Shown in pieces: positions 37,401-50,685 of a stretch of DNA of 64,000 nt (the stretch's first letter is position 1; each line of letters opens with the position of its first letter). Location: assembly GCA_001643675.2 (NCBI GenBank), contig LSRY02000001.1, positions 1,426,001 through 1,490,000 on the forward strand, read 5' to 3'. Source of the DNA: Monocercomonoides exilis PA203 (Eukaryota; Protista; Preaxostyla). Below the pieces are notes generated by a model. That model was not told the origin of the DNA. It saw nothing but the letters and a program-made list of their open reading frames with translations, and searched no databases. A program made the position numbers and the translations under genes.

Positions 37401-40400
37401 GCTGAGCTTCTGCCTTTCTACACCCGCTCTTCCTCTCATCCATCAGACAATGATTCATTTTTCACTGCTTCTTCTTCTTCTTCTTCTTCTTCTTCTTCTC
37501 TCTCAACTTCTCTTCCTTCCACTACATTTTCATCATCTTCTTCTTCTCTTTCTTCTTCTTCTCTTTCTTCTTCCTCTTCTTCCTCGTCTTCATTCAACAG
37601 CAGCATTTCACTTCAGCTTCATCCTCAGTCTTCTCCTGATCTCTTCACAATGCATCAGTCACCCACTTCACTGCTCACTTCATCCAATCCACACAACCCT
37701 TCTCTTTCAGACATCCAATCATACACTCACACTCAACAACCATCTTCATCATCATCTTCTTCTTCTACTGATTCTTCTTCTTCACTCTCCACATCACCTT
37801 CTTCTTCATCTTCCTCTTCTTCTTCATCTTCCTCTTCTTCTTCCTCTTCCTCTTCTTCTCCCCTTCCTCCACCACCACCACCTCCCCCTCCTCCTTCCAT
37901 CCCCATCCTCACTCGTCGTGTAGAGTCTCTCAACACTCTTCTCGAACTCTGTCTGATTGTCCGCAACTTCGAGGCACAAGTTCTTATGCTGCGGTCAGCT
38001 GCTATTCAGATGGACAAGATGGGTGCTGAAGAAGCGAAAGAAGAAGAAGAAGAAGGAATAAAACAAAAAATGAATGGAGAAGGAGATGATGATGGATTAA
38101 GAAATGGAATGGGCGAAGAAGAAGAAAGAGGGGGTTACTTTTCTGGGACAGAAATACAGAAAGAAGAAGGAGGAGGAGGAGGAGAAGGAGCAAATCTTCT
38201 GAATGATTTCGCAGAAGGAGCAGAAGGCAGAGGTGCAGCAGCGTACTCAGATGACATTCAGCAGGTGATTGATGAATTTATGTCACTCTGCTTTGACAAG
38301 TTCTTCATTTTGGATGCATTGGGAACGAACATTGAGCATCCACTGCTAAATATCAGGATTATTGCAACTGAGATATTCAGAACGTGTTTGTGCATATCTG
38401 GATCACTGGTGAGAAGATCAATCATTGAAGACGAGGTTTTATTAATTAATTAGTTAATTTGATATTCATAACATTCTTAATAATATTCTTGCTATGTTCT
38501 TGTGCTGCAATCTAATATACTCAATCACTTTTTCTATTATTCAATTTTCTGTCTATATTATTATAATTATTATTATTACTTAATAATTTTCTTCTCTCTT
38601 CTTCTCAGCCTCTCTACTGTTTCCTCAACACAATCTGTGGCCGTCTCCATTCAGAAGAAGACGAAGGGCTGTCCATTCTTTTGTATTCGACTGTCTCTAT
38701 TCTGCTGGGCAGTGAGGCAGGCAACAATTTGATAGACACCTTCTTCTTCTCAAGTCCTCAGCAGTTCTCTCGCTCATTCCTTTGCTATCCAAATAATTCT
38801 TCTATGCAGATGTTGCCTTCTTCTTCTTCCTCTTCATCATCATCTTCTTCTACATCTTCCTCCTCCTTCTCTCCCTTCTCTCCTTCCCCATCTCCTTCTT
38901 CTCCATCTCCTTCTCCTTCTTCTCGTATCAGCCACTCCATCTCCTTCAATTCATTTGCACATGCGGTTTTTGCTCCTTTGCTGGCTGTGCCGCGCATAGA
39001 GACAGACACAATGATTGCAGATGGACTCAGAAGACGTATATTGAGGAAGAGCAGTTTATATACACAGAATAAGAGAGCGATGAAGGAGAAGGAGAGAGAG
39101 AGAGAGGAGAAGAAGAAGAAGGGAAAGAAGAAAGGGAAATGGGCAGATGCTGATTTTGATGAAGTTGATGAGGATAGCGATGAGGAAGAAGAAGAAGAAG
39201 ATGATGATGATGATGATGATGATGATATTGATCACAACAATCATGGTGAACATTCTTTCAACGGAAAAGCTAAGCAAAATGCAAATTGTGGTTCAATGAA
39301 AGAGGAAGAAGACAATTCTTCTTCTTCTTCTTCTTCTTCTTCTTCCTCATCATCTTTGACTGATGAATCATCAGAAGTTGTGTTGTGGAAGCCGACAATT
39401 GTGTCTCGCTCTCTTGTTATAAAAGGAATGACACTGGAAAAGTCAGTGAGGTTTATGAAAAGACTGTTTGGAAGAAGTCCAAAAAGAGAAGTTGAACAGA
39501 ACGAGGATGAAAATAGAGATGATAGAGAAGATAGAGAAAGCAATGGAAATAAGGGAAATAACGGAAAAGATGTGGAAAATAAACAAAATTCGATGAATGA
39601 GGGTGTTATAGAGAATACTGTTAATACTAAAAGTGAATCTAATATGTGGGGAACAAACAGTAAAAATGGGGAAATTTCTAAAAAAACAGAAATTTTAAGT
39701 AAAAAAGATAACAAAAATAAGTATAACAATAATACAAATGAGCCAGTATTCGCTAATCTTCCCTTCATTGTGAATGATGATGACAGATTTCTATCAAAAA
39801 TGGTTGTGAATATACTGAATGCATCTCCATCGTCGTCTTCTTCGTTTTCTTCTTCGATCATCGCAACTGGTCTGTTTGCTGATTCTAAAAACACCTCTGC
39901 CCATCAAATTCTTTCTTCTCTTTCACTTTTGCTTTCTGCTTCATCTTACTGTTCTTCTTCTTCTTCTTCTTCGTTCCCAACATCTCCTTCTCTTCTTTCT
40001 CCTCCTTCTTCTCCATCCTCTTCTTCCTCCTCCTCTTCCTCTTCCTCCTCTTCTTCCTTAATGTCACGTGTCCCTCTCCCTTCTCTCTTCACACTGAACA
40101 AACTCATCTTCCTTCTGTCCAATCTTGTCCAAGCACACTATCGCCCCACCCTCCTCTTCATGAGCAAGAACTTCATGTACCATCGCATCCTTGCTCTTCT
40201 CCACCCATCCCACATCCTCTCAGCCATGCGACAGAACACAGCTTCTTTGCTTCGCTCTCAGGCTTCTCTGCTTCCTCCTTTCTCATTTCCTCTTTCTAAT
40301 TCTTCTTCTTCTTCTTCTTCTTCTTCTTCTTCTTCTTCTTCTTCTTCTTCTTCTTCTCTCTCTTCTTCTGCCTCTGTCTACACCACCCGTTCAGTGGGCA

Positions 40401-43400
40401 TTGAAGTGTGCAATCTCCTTCGAACAGTCCTGTCTGTCAGCCGCAAAGACGAAGAGGCACAAATATTAGCCGCAGGGCTTGTGCCCCACCTGCTCACCAC
40501 TGTCCTCGATGAAGAAGGGAGGGACTCGCTCTTCTTGTCTTCTCTGCTGTCTATTATGAACACTGTGAATACACTACCAGCAAAGAAGAGATTCAGAGCG
40601 TATTTGATGAAAAGGTATGTTGCACTTTCGGAGGATCTGAGCAAACAGCTGGAGAATTCAGGGACGACTTTGAGGGAGCAGGTGCAGCTGATGTCTGCAA
40701 GTGGAAAGGATGAAACAATATTGCCTGGGGCATCTTCGCCTTCTTCGTCATCATCATCCCCTTCTTCATCTTCCTCCTCCTCCTCCTCTTCTTCTTCTTC
40801 TTCTTCTTCATTGTCTCATGGAAGTAAATCAACACATTCACATTCTCGTACGCAATCACATTCACATTCGCTTCTATCCAACAATCACTCTTCTTCTTTC
40901 TCTTCATCTCCTCTTCGAAAATCTGATATCTCTTCTTCTTCTTCGTCTTCTTCTTCTCAATCACGAAGCATTCTATCAGAAGGCAATGGCATTCAATCAA
41001 AGCATGACTCATCTTCCGATGAAGAAGGAAGCAACAGTCTGAACAGCCAGCACATTCCATTGGATGAGATTTCTGACTCGCCTTCTTTTGAACAGCCGCT
41101 TCCACATCTCAAAAGACAGTGTGCAAGAAACATGGCAGACACACAAGTCAATCAATCATCTGCTTTCTATTCGTCCAATGCACAAACATATCCATCCATG
41201 CTATCATCATCCTCTTCTTCCTTTCCTTCTTCTCCTTCTTCTTCTCGAAACACTTCCTCCATTTTACCGAAAGAGCCATTCAAGTTCACTCTCCGCAACG
41301 ACCGAGGCATCTACAGCCGAGCCGAGCTGCTTCTGCTGATTGAGGCCAGAAATGATCCAATTTTGTCTCTTCTCTTCCAGCAGCTGGGCGAAGCTGTGGC
41401 AAATGACACTCTTCAGAGCAAGAGCAGCAGCAGCAGCGGTTCAATGGGCGTTTTGTCGTATTTGGAGAGGATGACAGCGAGAAAAGTGGAACCACTTCCG
41501 CTGATGACAGAAGGGGCAGGAGAAGCAGATGAGGAGGAATGGAAAGGAAAAAGTGTGGATGAGAATGTGGACTATGAAGGACAGGAGAATAGAAGTGAAT
41601 ACAGCTTGCAGACAATGAGGAAAGGCGTGGGAAAGGGGAAAATGGATCAAGATGCAAAGAAGGAGGAGAAGGAGAGTCAGGAAAGCACAGCCATAGGATG
41701 GGCAATGAAAGTGTCTCAAAAGGGGCAAGCAGGAGTGAGCTCTGCTTCTGCTGGCAGTGGAAATGGCAGTGGTGGAGTTGGCTCAATGCCATCATTTGCA
41801 CCTGCGTCTTCCCTCATCTCCAGCACCGCTGTTGGCACAGGCAGAAAGGGCACGCCCATTCCAGCGAGGACATTTCCGATGGGCGACAAGACGGAAGAAG
41901 AGTTCGACTTCATTTTTTCGCAGCCGCTTTTGGCAGACAGTGCAGAGAAAGACGATATCAATGGCAGCTTGTCTAATGGCTTGCAAAGACAGCCAGGGAG
42001 AGTGAAGATGAGCAAGGCAGTCTCAAACAGCTGGTCAGCCTTTGTCGATCACTCAGATCTGTCTGACTTGGAAGATCTGTCGGATCTTAATGACGAGCAA
42101 AGTGTTGTTCCCAATAAGAACAATACTTCTGCTTCTGCTTCTTCGAAAGAGGAAGGAGAGAAGCAAAGAGGGTTGTATTCGATTTCTCAGCAAAATAAAA
42201 GCTTGTCATCATCCATAGCAGCAGCAGTAGCAGCAGGGTCGAATGCTGCCCACAAAGAAGACAAATCAACAAGCAAGAAAGTTCAGCTGTCTCTTTATGG
42301 CGCGAGAAACGAGAAGGAGACAGATGAATTTGATGTGCAGCACAAGAAGAGGAAGAGGAAGCAGGAAGACTTCGACGAGAGTGAGAAGCTGAAGGAGGAT
42401 GAGTCTGAGAGGCGCCATCAGCTGTCGAAGAAGAAAGGCAAGAAATCGTTTGGACTTGGGAGTGAAGATTTTGATATTGAAGACGATGAAGAAGAAGAAG
42501 ATGATGATGATGAAACGAAAGTGGAAGAAGAGGAAGGGGAAGAAGATGTTGATGCGTTCCTTTTGGGAAAAAGAAGGAGTTCTTGGCATAAAAAGAAGAC
42601 TCTTCCAACTGAGGATGAGAAAGAAGAAGATGAGGAAGGAGTGAAGAAGAATGGCAGAAAGAAGAAAGAAGAGGAATTCGGAGAAAAACGAAACGAAGAA
42701 ATGGAAAGCAATATGTCAAAACTGCAAAATGGAAATAGAACCAAAGGAGAAGAAGGAGAGAATGAAGAAGGAGGAGAAGAAGAAAATGCTATTTCTTCGT
42801 ATAATCACCTCGCATCCGACTCAAAGAAGTTCAAAACAGCAGAAGTGACAAATTCAATCACAACAACCCCAAAAGCCCAAAGCCAGCAGTCGACTCCAAT
42901 CAAACTGAAACTGAAAGCGCTGACCGGAAGCAACAAGGCGAGGCAAGACACGCCAATTCCTCAGATGCCTCGGACATTTTCTGGTCCCTTCTCATTTTTG
43001 GGTTCGTCTGCGTCGAATGCAGATGCAAAAGGAGCGTATCAAACAAATTCGAATGGTAACTTGTCGTTTTCTTTGGGCAATCTTTCGCATTCGTCTTTCC
43101 ATCCGGCAACAGAACAAAGTGTATCAACATCAGCAGCATCTTCCAGCAATGGTAATAACAATGCTGTTGACTCAGAAATCGGGCAGTTTGATGAAGTTGG
43201 CGAGGATGAGACGTTTGAGGCAGAGTTGGATCTGATCTTTGGCTCCCATCCCGCAAAAAGCAGAAGCAGCAAGAAAGACAATCAGAATTCAGTCAGCCGC
43301 AAAACGATGAGTCGAAAGGAGGCTGCGATGCATTTTGCGAAGAATGAAGAAGGGAAAGAGGAAAGGAGAGAGAGAGAAGAAGCATTGGCAGATTCAGAGA

Positions 43401-45685
43401 GAGTTGGGAAGCATGTCAGCTTTGAAGAGGAGAAAACAAAGAGGAGAAAGAATGAAGTGGATGGAAGATCAAATGGCTCATTGATCAATAATTTAGACAA
43501 AACTAACAATGGAATGGATTCAATTGCCGAGAGCAGCAAAGTTGAGGAGGGAGAAAGCGAAGAAGAGTTGCTTTTGTCGCTTACCAGAAACTTGGACTCA
43601 AAATTGCAGCAGAACAACGAAGAAGAAGATGACGATGATGCTTTTGCATCTCTTCGCTCTTCTTCTTCTTCTTCTTCTTCAACTGGATCAGCTCGCACTC
43701 CAAAAACACCTCCTCAGAGAAAGATGGAAGTGTGTGATGATTCTGCATCGGCTGTTAGCACTCCTCCATCTCCTGTTGCTTCTCCTGCTAAATCTGAAAG
43801 TCGAAGCAATTTGGCTGTTGATTCAACAGCAGTTTCTTCTTCTTCTGTTGCTGCTTCCTCAATTGCACCTTCCTCTTCTCCATCAGCATTGGAAGTGGAT
43901 CATCACACATTGACTATCAAGCCATATGTTCATAAGCTAACCCCAATCCATCTTCCCCACATGAGTGTTCCTCATCTGGTGCTCGAAAAGAAGAAGCTGA
44001 AAAAGATGGCATCCAGCCTCTCTTTGAAGAGCAATTCGTTGTCTTCTTCACTTTCTGCTGATGACAATGAAGACGAGCGAGTTAATGGTTGTATTGAAAG
44101 AAACGCATCATCTGAATTGTTGAAAGAAGATGCTGTTGATGAAGAGAGGCAAAATATTAGAGTAACAAAGGGACATGACAATAAAGGTCACTTGAAATCA
44201 AACAAATTGGATGAAATCGAGCCAAAGCCGACAAAAAGAAAGCATTCTGAAGCATTCGATGAAAGCATCGAAAAAGAAGACAAAGAACTATCTAATTCTG
44301 GAGATATCAGTCAATCAGAAGACTTTAGCAATGATTTGTCTCTTATAGAAGATTCTGAAATTGGAAAAGTGATTGCAAACAAACTTGCACAACAGAGCAA
44401 AATTGCAGAGTCTGCTCAGTCAACCAGAAAGCATGTCAAAACAGAAGAAACTTCTTCTGATAAACAGCCAGCATCAACATCTATAACAGAGACAACGCCA
44501 TCTGCAAATGAAAAAACGAGTAACAAAAAGGTTACAGTTGAAAAATCAAAGTTAACAGTTTCTGAAGCAAATTTCTCAAGTCAAGAACACGCAAAGTCAA
44601 TCAACGTTTCATCGACCTCTCCAAAAGTGCCATTACAATCATCATCCACTTCTCAATCACCCAAAAGACCTCACGTTCCACCTCCTTCACCGCCAAGACA
44701 GCACCACGCTAACATCTCAGCAAAGGAAACCCATCTTCACACTCCTCCTTCTTCTCCTTCTTTCTCTCCTTCCCACAAACAAGGTGTCACTTCCACCTCT
44801 CCCTCAATTTCCCATCTCGCAACCGTTACTCATCTCAACTCACCAAATGTCTGCTTATCTTCTCCCTCACCTGAATCCCCCTTCCCAACCTCACATCTCG
44901 ATATTGCTGACATTGGCCCTCAGCCCTCATCCCCTTCCCCTTCAGCCACATGGCCTGTGAATGTGCATACGAACTCTCCTTCAATGCAGCAGATGGCCCC
45001 ACTCCCTCAGAACTTCTCTGACGACGAGCATCCAGCGCCTCTCCTCTTCGCTTCATCGACTTCTCCATCGGCTGTGTCTTCTTCGTATTCGGCTGTGCGC
45101 TCGCCGCCAAGCTCTCCCACTGCTCATCTCAACTTCCGCCCTCTTTCGGCTGCTCATTTGTCGACCGCAGCAGTAGCTGCATCGGTTGTGACATCCTCTT
45201 TGAATCCATCTTCCTCTTCGTCTGCTCCTGCCTTCTCTTCCTTGTCTATCCCAGTTTCTAATTCATCATCATCTTCTTCTTCTTCTTCTTCTTCTTCACT
45301 CCAACATCCACTTGGCCAATCAGCACTTGCGTCGACCCCTCTTTCTCTGCAGCGCGAGAACCCAGTAGACGATGACTCTCCGCCTGCCTTTGCAATCCCT
45401 ACCATCCACTCGCCAAGCTCTCCTCAAGCTTTTCGGTCAACATCTTCTCCTTTTTCGTTTCGGATGGGGATGGGCATGGGCAATCTGGTGCACTCTCCAC
45501 ACTCGCCAATCTCACCACACTCTCAGATACCAAACTTCCAATTTCTGACAGCCCCGCCTCTGCACTTCCCGCCCATCCAATCTCTTACTCTGCCTTCTCT
45601 CCCTAAGCAGCTGACGTCGTCTTCTCAAAGCACGAAAGCTCCTCAAACTACTCAAACTACTCAAACTTCTCCTAAAAAGCAATAG
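34413..45685 (+). CDS. PPP4R3: PP4 regulatory subunit 3 (SMEK/Psy2/PP4R3) homologue, expanded to ~3,600 aa
   Basis: EVH1-like N-terminus (WTVIGTGY; SVIVWTE..DYSLSFATPDGFQKIWNTI) and SMK-1 domain motifs (ELPP, DIISCLEYDP, HRRYLE, YQIDYLKGVILP). An intron at ~38436-38608 joins the 1180-aa and 2334-aa ORFs in frame. Confidence 0.85.
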
Positions 45686-46085
45686 CATTTCATTGTATTT
45701 AATTAAGCACTTCATAAAATCAAAGAATTAAATGAAGCGAAAGCTTAATGTTTTATCATAATGTTAAATTTTATAAAACATCACAATACAATAATTATTT
45801 TCTATTCCGGAATTGTTCTTTTCTTTTTTTGGTGTGATATCAGATAAAGATGATTATGATCATAGAAACACAATAATAAAAATTACAAAAACCTCTTTAC
45901 CCTTTGCAGTTCTTGATAAAACGTCAAACGAATAAATATTGAAGATAATTTGATTTTAAATGAATGAAGACTTGCGAGATGAAAAAGGAAACAAAAAGCT
46001 TATAAAATAAAGCCAATAATGAAACATTGGAAATGGAAAACTTTGTTAATATGAAGTGAATATTCGGTTTATTGTAATGTTTGAT

Positions 46086-46745
46086 TCACAGTTCTTTTTT
46101 CTCTTTCAACTCCTTGTTTATCTCTTCAATTCTTTCAATAATTTTCTGCTTGCTGTTCTCACCGTCTTTAGAGCCAATGTTTGCATTGGCCTTTCTAATT
46201 TCCTCCTCCACCACATTATCATCTCCTTCATCATCGTCTTCATCGTCTTCGTATTCTGTCTCAGTCTCAGTGGACAAGAGATCCTCTTCATTGATAATCA
46301 TGTCGCTGTCAGACGAGCTTTCATCTCCACCAAAGTCCCACCACTTCCTCTTCACGGGCTCTCCTCTCAGTCTCTTCTGCTGCCTCTCCCACTTCTTCCG
46401 CAGCTCGTTCCGCTTCTTCCGGCGCTCCTCTCTCTCTTTCCTCTCCTTCTCTTCCTGCATCCTCCTTCCCCTCTCCAGAATCTCCATCACCGTCTTTCTC
46501 CGCTCAGCACGCATCACATCAAAGTCCACTTTTGTGGCAAACGCCTGCTTCGTCTTGAAGCGTTTGTAGGAGTAAAAATAGAGAAGGTAGTTGATCACAA
46601 GCACAACGAGTATCAAGCCCATATCCAGCTTTGTGTTGTCAACTATTGACAGTAGCGCAGTCAGCGATGGTGTTGCTATGAATGCGAATAAAGCAATGTA
46701 TATGATTGACCTGCAAGACAATGCAAAAATTATAAGTGAAAATAA

Positions 46746-46778
<33 letters not shown>

Positions 46779-48366
46779 TACAAATCTGTTTACATAAATT
46801 GAAATAAATAAAAATAAAATTTGTTATAAAAATCTTTCATTTTCAATGTAATGAATATGAGCTACTTTTCATTATGAATCATTAATTCGAAAACAACCGT
46901 TCAAAAATCAATTTTTTTTTGTATTAGGGAAATTTTAAACTAAAACAGTTGCTTTTCTTTCCTTCTTTTATTTATTTATTTATTTATTTTAATTCTCCAT
47001 TTCAGATACCTTATTCTGTTGACTTTTCGAGTAATTTCTTTGTCCTTCAACCGCCACAGCACAATGGTGATAACCAACGGAATCAGAGGAAGATAAATTG
47101 CCCACGAAAAGAAAGGCCGAATTGAGAAGTTCTCCTCTTTGCTCCTAAAATAAATGGAAAAAAAGTAAGAAAAATTCATGAAAGGAAAGAAAAACAAAAA
47201 AATGAGGGGATAAGTGAATGAAATCCAATAGAAATAAATCAATAAATATAATTTGATCAAAAAATTGTAGATTTTAATAAAAATTCAAAATCCATCTAAC
47301 ACAATATTATTCATTCTTTTCTTCTTCATAGCAAAAGAGATTTTAGCAAACACTTTAATACAATTTAGAAGGATTTGCATTAGAGACACCCCCATAAACA
47401 GTATGTCCATTGTTAAAATCCATTGAGAAAACGCCCATCCAAACATCACGAACATTGTCGTTAGCACAATAAGACCCAAAATTGGCTTGCTGGATTCTAA
47501 AAATGTTCCAAAAATGTATTTTTAGAAATAAATGTGTAAATATATGTGAGTTATAAGAACTTCTTTCAACTTTTTCTTCAGTTTGCATACCTACAATTGG
47601 AGTAACTGCAACTTTAATGCCATATTCTTCTGCAATAGATTCAAAATCGATATTTAATGGATCCAAAGAAGGTTTTCGATCTTTCTTTTTCTTTTCTGTT
47701 TGTATTCGTACAATGGAAAAAAAATAATTCATAAAAATTTAAAAATATTTTTCTTTTGAAACCTGAATCTTCTCCTCGAGAGGCGTTGAAAAACATCGAA
47801 AGAGAATAAATGCCTGGCTTCAAATCATACATCTTGTATGCAATAGTACAATAATATCCTTGAATGGAATATTGCCTTGCAAGAGCAACAAGATCAGAAG
47901 AAACACCAGATGCTTCAGTTCCATCTGTCCAATTTGAACAAGTGTAATCGTAATTGAACGCCGAAGCCAATGCATCTTTCTCTGTCATAACGTGCCTCAT
48001 AAAAATAAAAATTTTTCTTTTCAAACTTTTCGTTCACGGCATGTATTTCAAAAAGAAAATTTCAAACTTTGAAGGCGAAAACACCCTCACAATAAGATTA
48101 CTTGTTGTAGAGTATTCGTCTGCAATCGGGATGAGCCCAAGTTGAATTGTTTTTTCTTTTGAAAATTCAAAAGTTGTTGTTTGTCCGGCTTAACGATGCA
48201 TTCAATTTCGAAAAGAATCAAAAATATTTATATTTCATCAATCCAAGTGCAATAAAAATTTCAAAAGCAAAGCAATAGTGTAAATCACACGTCGAATGAT
48301 TTTTGGCTTTGTGTCCTCTTCACCGAGAGCAAAACTAAATAATGAATAAACAAAAACAAAAATCAT
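46086..48366 (-). CDS. Multi-pass membrane protein with signal peptide, luminal domain and charged C-terminal tail (multi-exon)
   Basis: ATG at 48366 gives MIFVFVYSLFSFALG-EED; several hydrophobic exons (47285-47479, 46976-47260, 46086-46721); acidic/basic tail. Family not identified. Confidence 0.6.
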
Positions 48367-48404
48367 TTGTTGATTAATTTACCCATATTTATAATTATAA
48401 AGTC

Positions 48405-49320
48405 ATGTCTATTTTATCTGCAGTCGTTTCTAGAGTTTCAGACAAATTAGTTTTGTGTTCCGCAATTCCTGATATATTGTGTATGCGTTTATCGATGCTA
48501 TTTAGATTAACTAACATTTTTCGTTTTGAATAAAATATTATTTCAATATTTCTTGTTAATTTCAGCTGAAGATTTGCGAAATAAGTCATTTAAGATATTG
48601 GAAAAAGTGACTCCAACGTTTAACTCTCATATGGTTCTTGAGGATAATGAATATACATTCTAGTTTGATTGAAAGAAACTATTTTAATATTTTTTTAATG
48701 ATATCCCCCCTTCTCCAAATAATATTATAAGTCTTTTTGTGGAAAAGAAATGTGCATTTCTTATTTGTTGTGATAGGTCTTTTCCAAAGGTGGTAGCATT
48801 GAAGTTTTTGGAAGACATTTCACAACAGTTTTTCAGTCTTTTTGGAGCAACGGTTGATGTAGTGTCAAGGGAAAACGCTTTTTCAGCTTTCAGCAGCCAT
48901 ATAGATTCAAAGAAAGTATTTTATAACACATCTAAACAACGTTTACAGTTTGAAGAGCTGGATAAAGAGTTGAATCAGGTTAAAGACATTATTACAAAGA
49001 CTGTAGATGATGTTATAGAAAGGGGAGAAAAACTTACAAGTTTGCTTGACGTTTTTATTTCTTCTTTTTTGCAAAAATGTTATTTTTGTTTAGTGCTCCA
49101 AGACTTATCAACAAGTCTAGTTTCTGATTCAAAGAGATTTCGTCAAAATGCTCAAACTCTTGACAGTATTTCTGGATTGCAAAAGTTTGCGCTGTTAATA
49201 AATGATATTTTAATTTTGTTTTTGTTTTATTTGTTTTTTTGAAAACATTAAAGATATTTACCTCAAATTATTATTATTGGAATAATTCTTGTTGCAATTT
49301 ATATTAAACTAAAATATTGA
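48405..49320 (+). CDS. SEC22: Longin R-SNARE Sec22 (4 short introns inferred)
   Basis: VSRVSDKLVL N-terminus, CDRSFPKVVALKFLEDI longin motif, SNARE motif ELNQVKDIITKTVDDVIERGEKL with zero-layer R, C-terminal TM YLPQIIIIGIILVAIYI. Confidence 0.9.
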
Positions 49321-50317
49321 AAGGCAAGTGGATGATTTGAAATTAAAAGATTTTCACTGATGTTTCAAAGAATTGCAGTAGTTTTATCTTAACTTTTCAA
49401 TATTGTTGAGTTAAGGTTTTTTTTTTCATGTTGCATAATTCAAAGAAACTCTTTTATAACTCAATTCAGTATTTTGATGCATTAGCAGTTAATATTATTT
49501 AACTTTTTAATATTGCAAAGCTCTTTCAAAGATCTTAACTGAAAACAACAAATAGATTAGTCTTTCACACAATTGTTTTTTATTTTTAATTAAATTCAGT
49601 ACTTATTTTTCAAAAGTTATCGGAAAACAAATGAGATGAAAATGAAAAGGATCAATTGAAACATGTTTCAAAAACTTTATTGTTTGAATGGAGCTTTTTT
49701 TCACTCATTTTCCACAAAACAAAAGATTCAATTGAGATTGTTATTACTAATCATTTTTTCCATGATTTTACAAAAAGCTTCTTAAACTTTTCTCAATCAA
49801 CGTCTCAAAGCCTATACAGAAGGCTTCACTGATTTCAATTGTTTTGTGATCTGGTTTGAAATTCTGACTTTGAAGTTTTTTTGTTTAAGGCACAAAAATA
49901 TTGCATCACTCAATTCAAAGAAAAAATTGGTATATGCAGAAAATAGGGGTACCTAAATTTTCTCGTTGTTTTGTTATATATATATAGAAATAAAAATCTA
50001 ATTCACATTCATTCATGTGTTGCATATAAGTGACACATCAAATTAGAAAATTATGAAGGAAATATGAAAGAAACAACTTCATATTCCAATTTATTTTCAG
50101 TTTTTTTATGTTTTGTTCCATTTAATAAATTTGATATGAAAAGGAAAAGTTAAATAATTATCGTCAAATACATAGAAACAGGACGTTCTATCATGCTTTT
50201 CAATGGTGATACATTTAAAGAAGATTTTGAAGTTGTGGAAAACCGTGATGATTCAAAATTACTTTTTAAGTTAATATTCTGGGTTACCTTTCACATGATT
50301 TATTAATTGATACACAC

Positions 50318-50685
50318 AAATACAATTTGTGCAAAAAATTCCTGACAAAATCGATTTCACAATAACTGCAGGAGTAATGATTCTGACAATTTTCCTCAAA
50401 ATATATCTCATTGATACAAACTCATTTGATATACAAAACTTTCAAAACAGCTTCATTTGTGCTCAGAATAAATTAATTTTAAAATTTTCGGAAAAATAGG
50501 ATTTTGAGTTTCTCCGAAATTTTGATATTACTTTTTCTGAGCACAAATGAAGCTATCTTGAAAATTTTGAATATCATATAAGTTTGCATTAATGGAATGT
50601 ATTTTGATGAAAATTGTCAGAATTAATCCACTTGCGGTTATAGTGAAATCGATCTTGTCCGTATTTTGTGCGAAATCCAGTATTT
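50318..50685. repeat. Imperfect foldback palindrome, ~170-bp arms, short loop (MITE/foldback-like)
   Basis: agcttcatttgtgctcagaa pairs with ttctgagcacaaatgaagct; attctgacaattttc with gaaaattgtcagaat; atcgatttcac with gtgaaatcgat. Roughly 80% arm identity by eye. Confidence 0.9.

Noticed and set aside
24450-45300. Tandem (TCT/TCA/TCC)n arrays as CRISPR-like or telomeric repeats
   Set aside because: Simple coding microsatellites without repeat-spacer structure.
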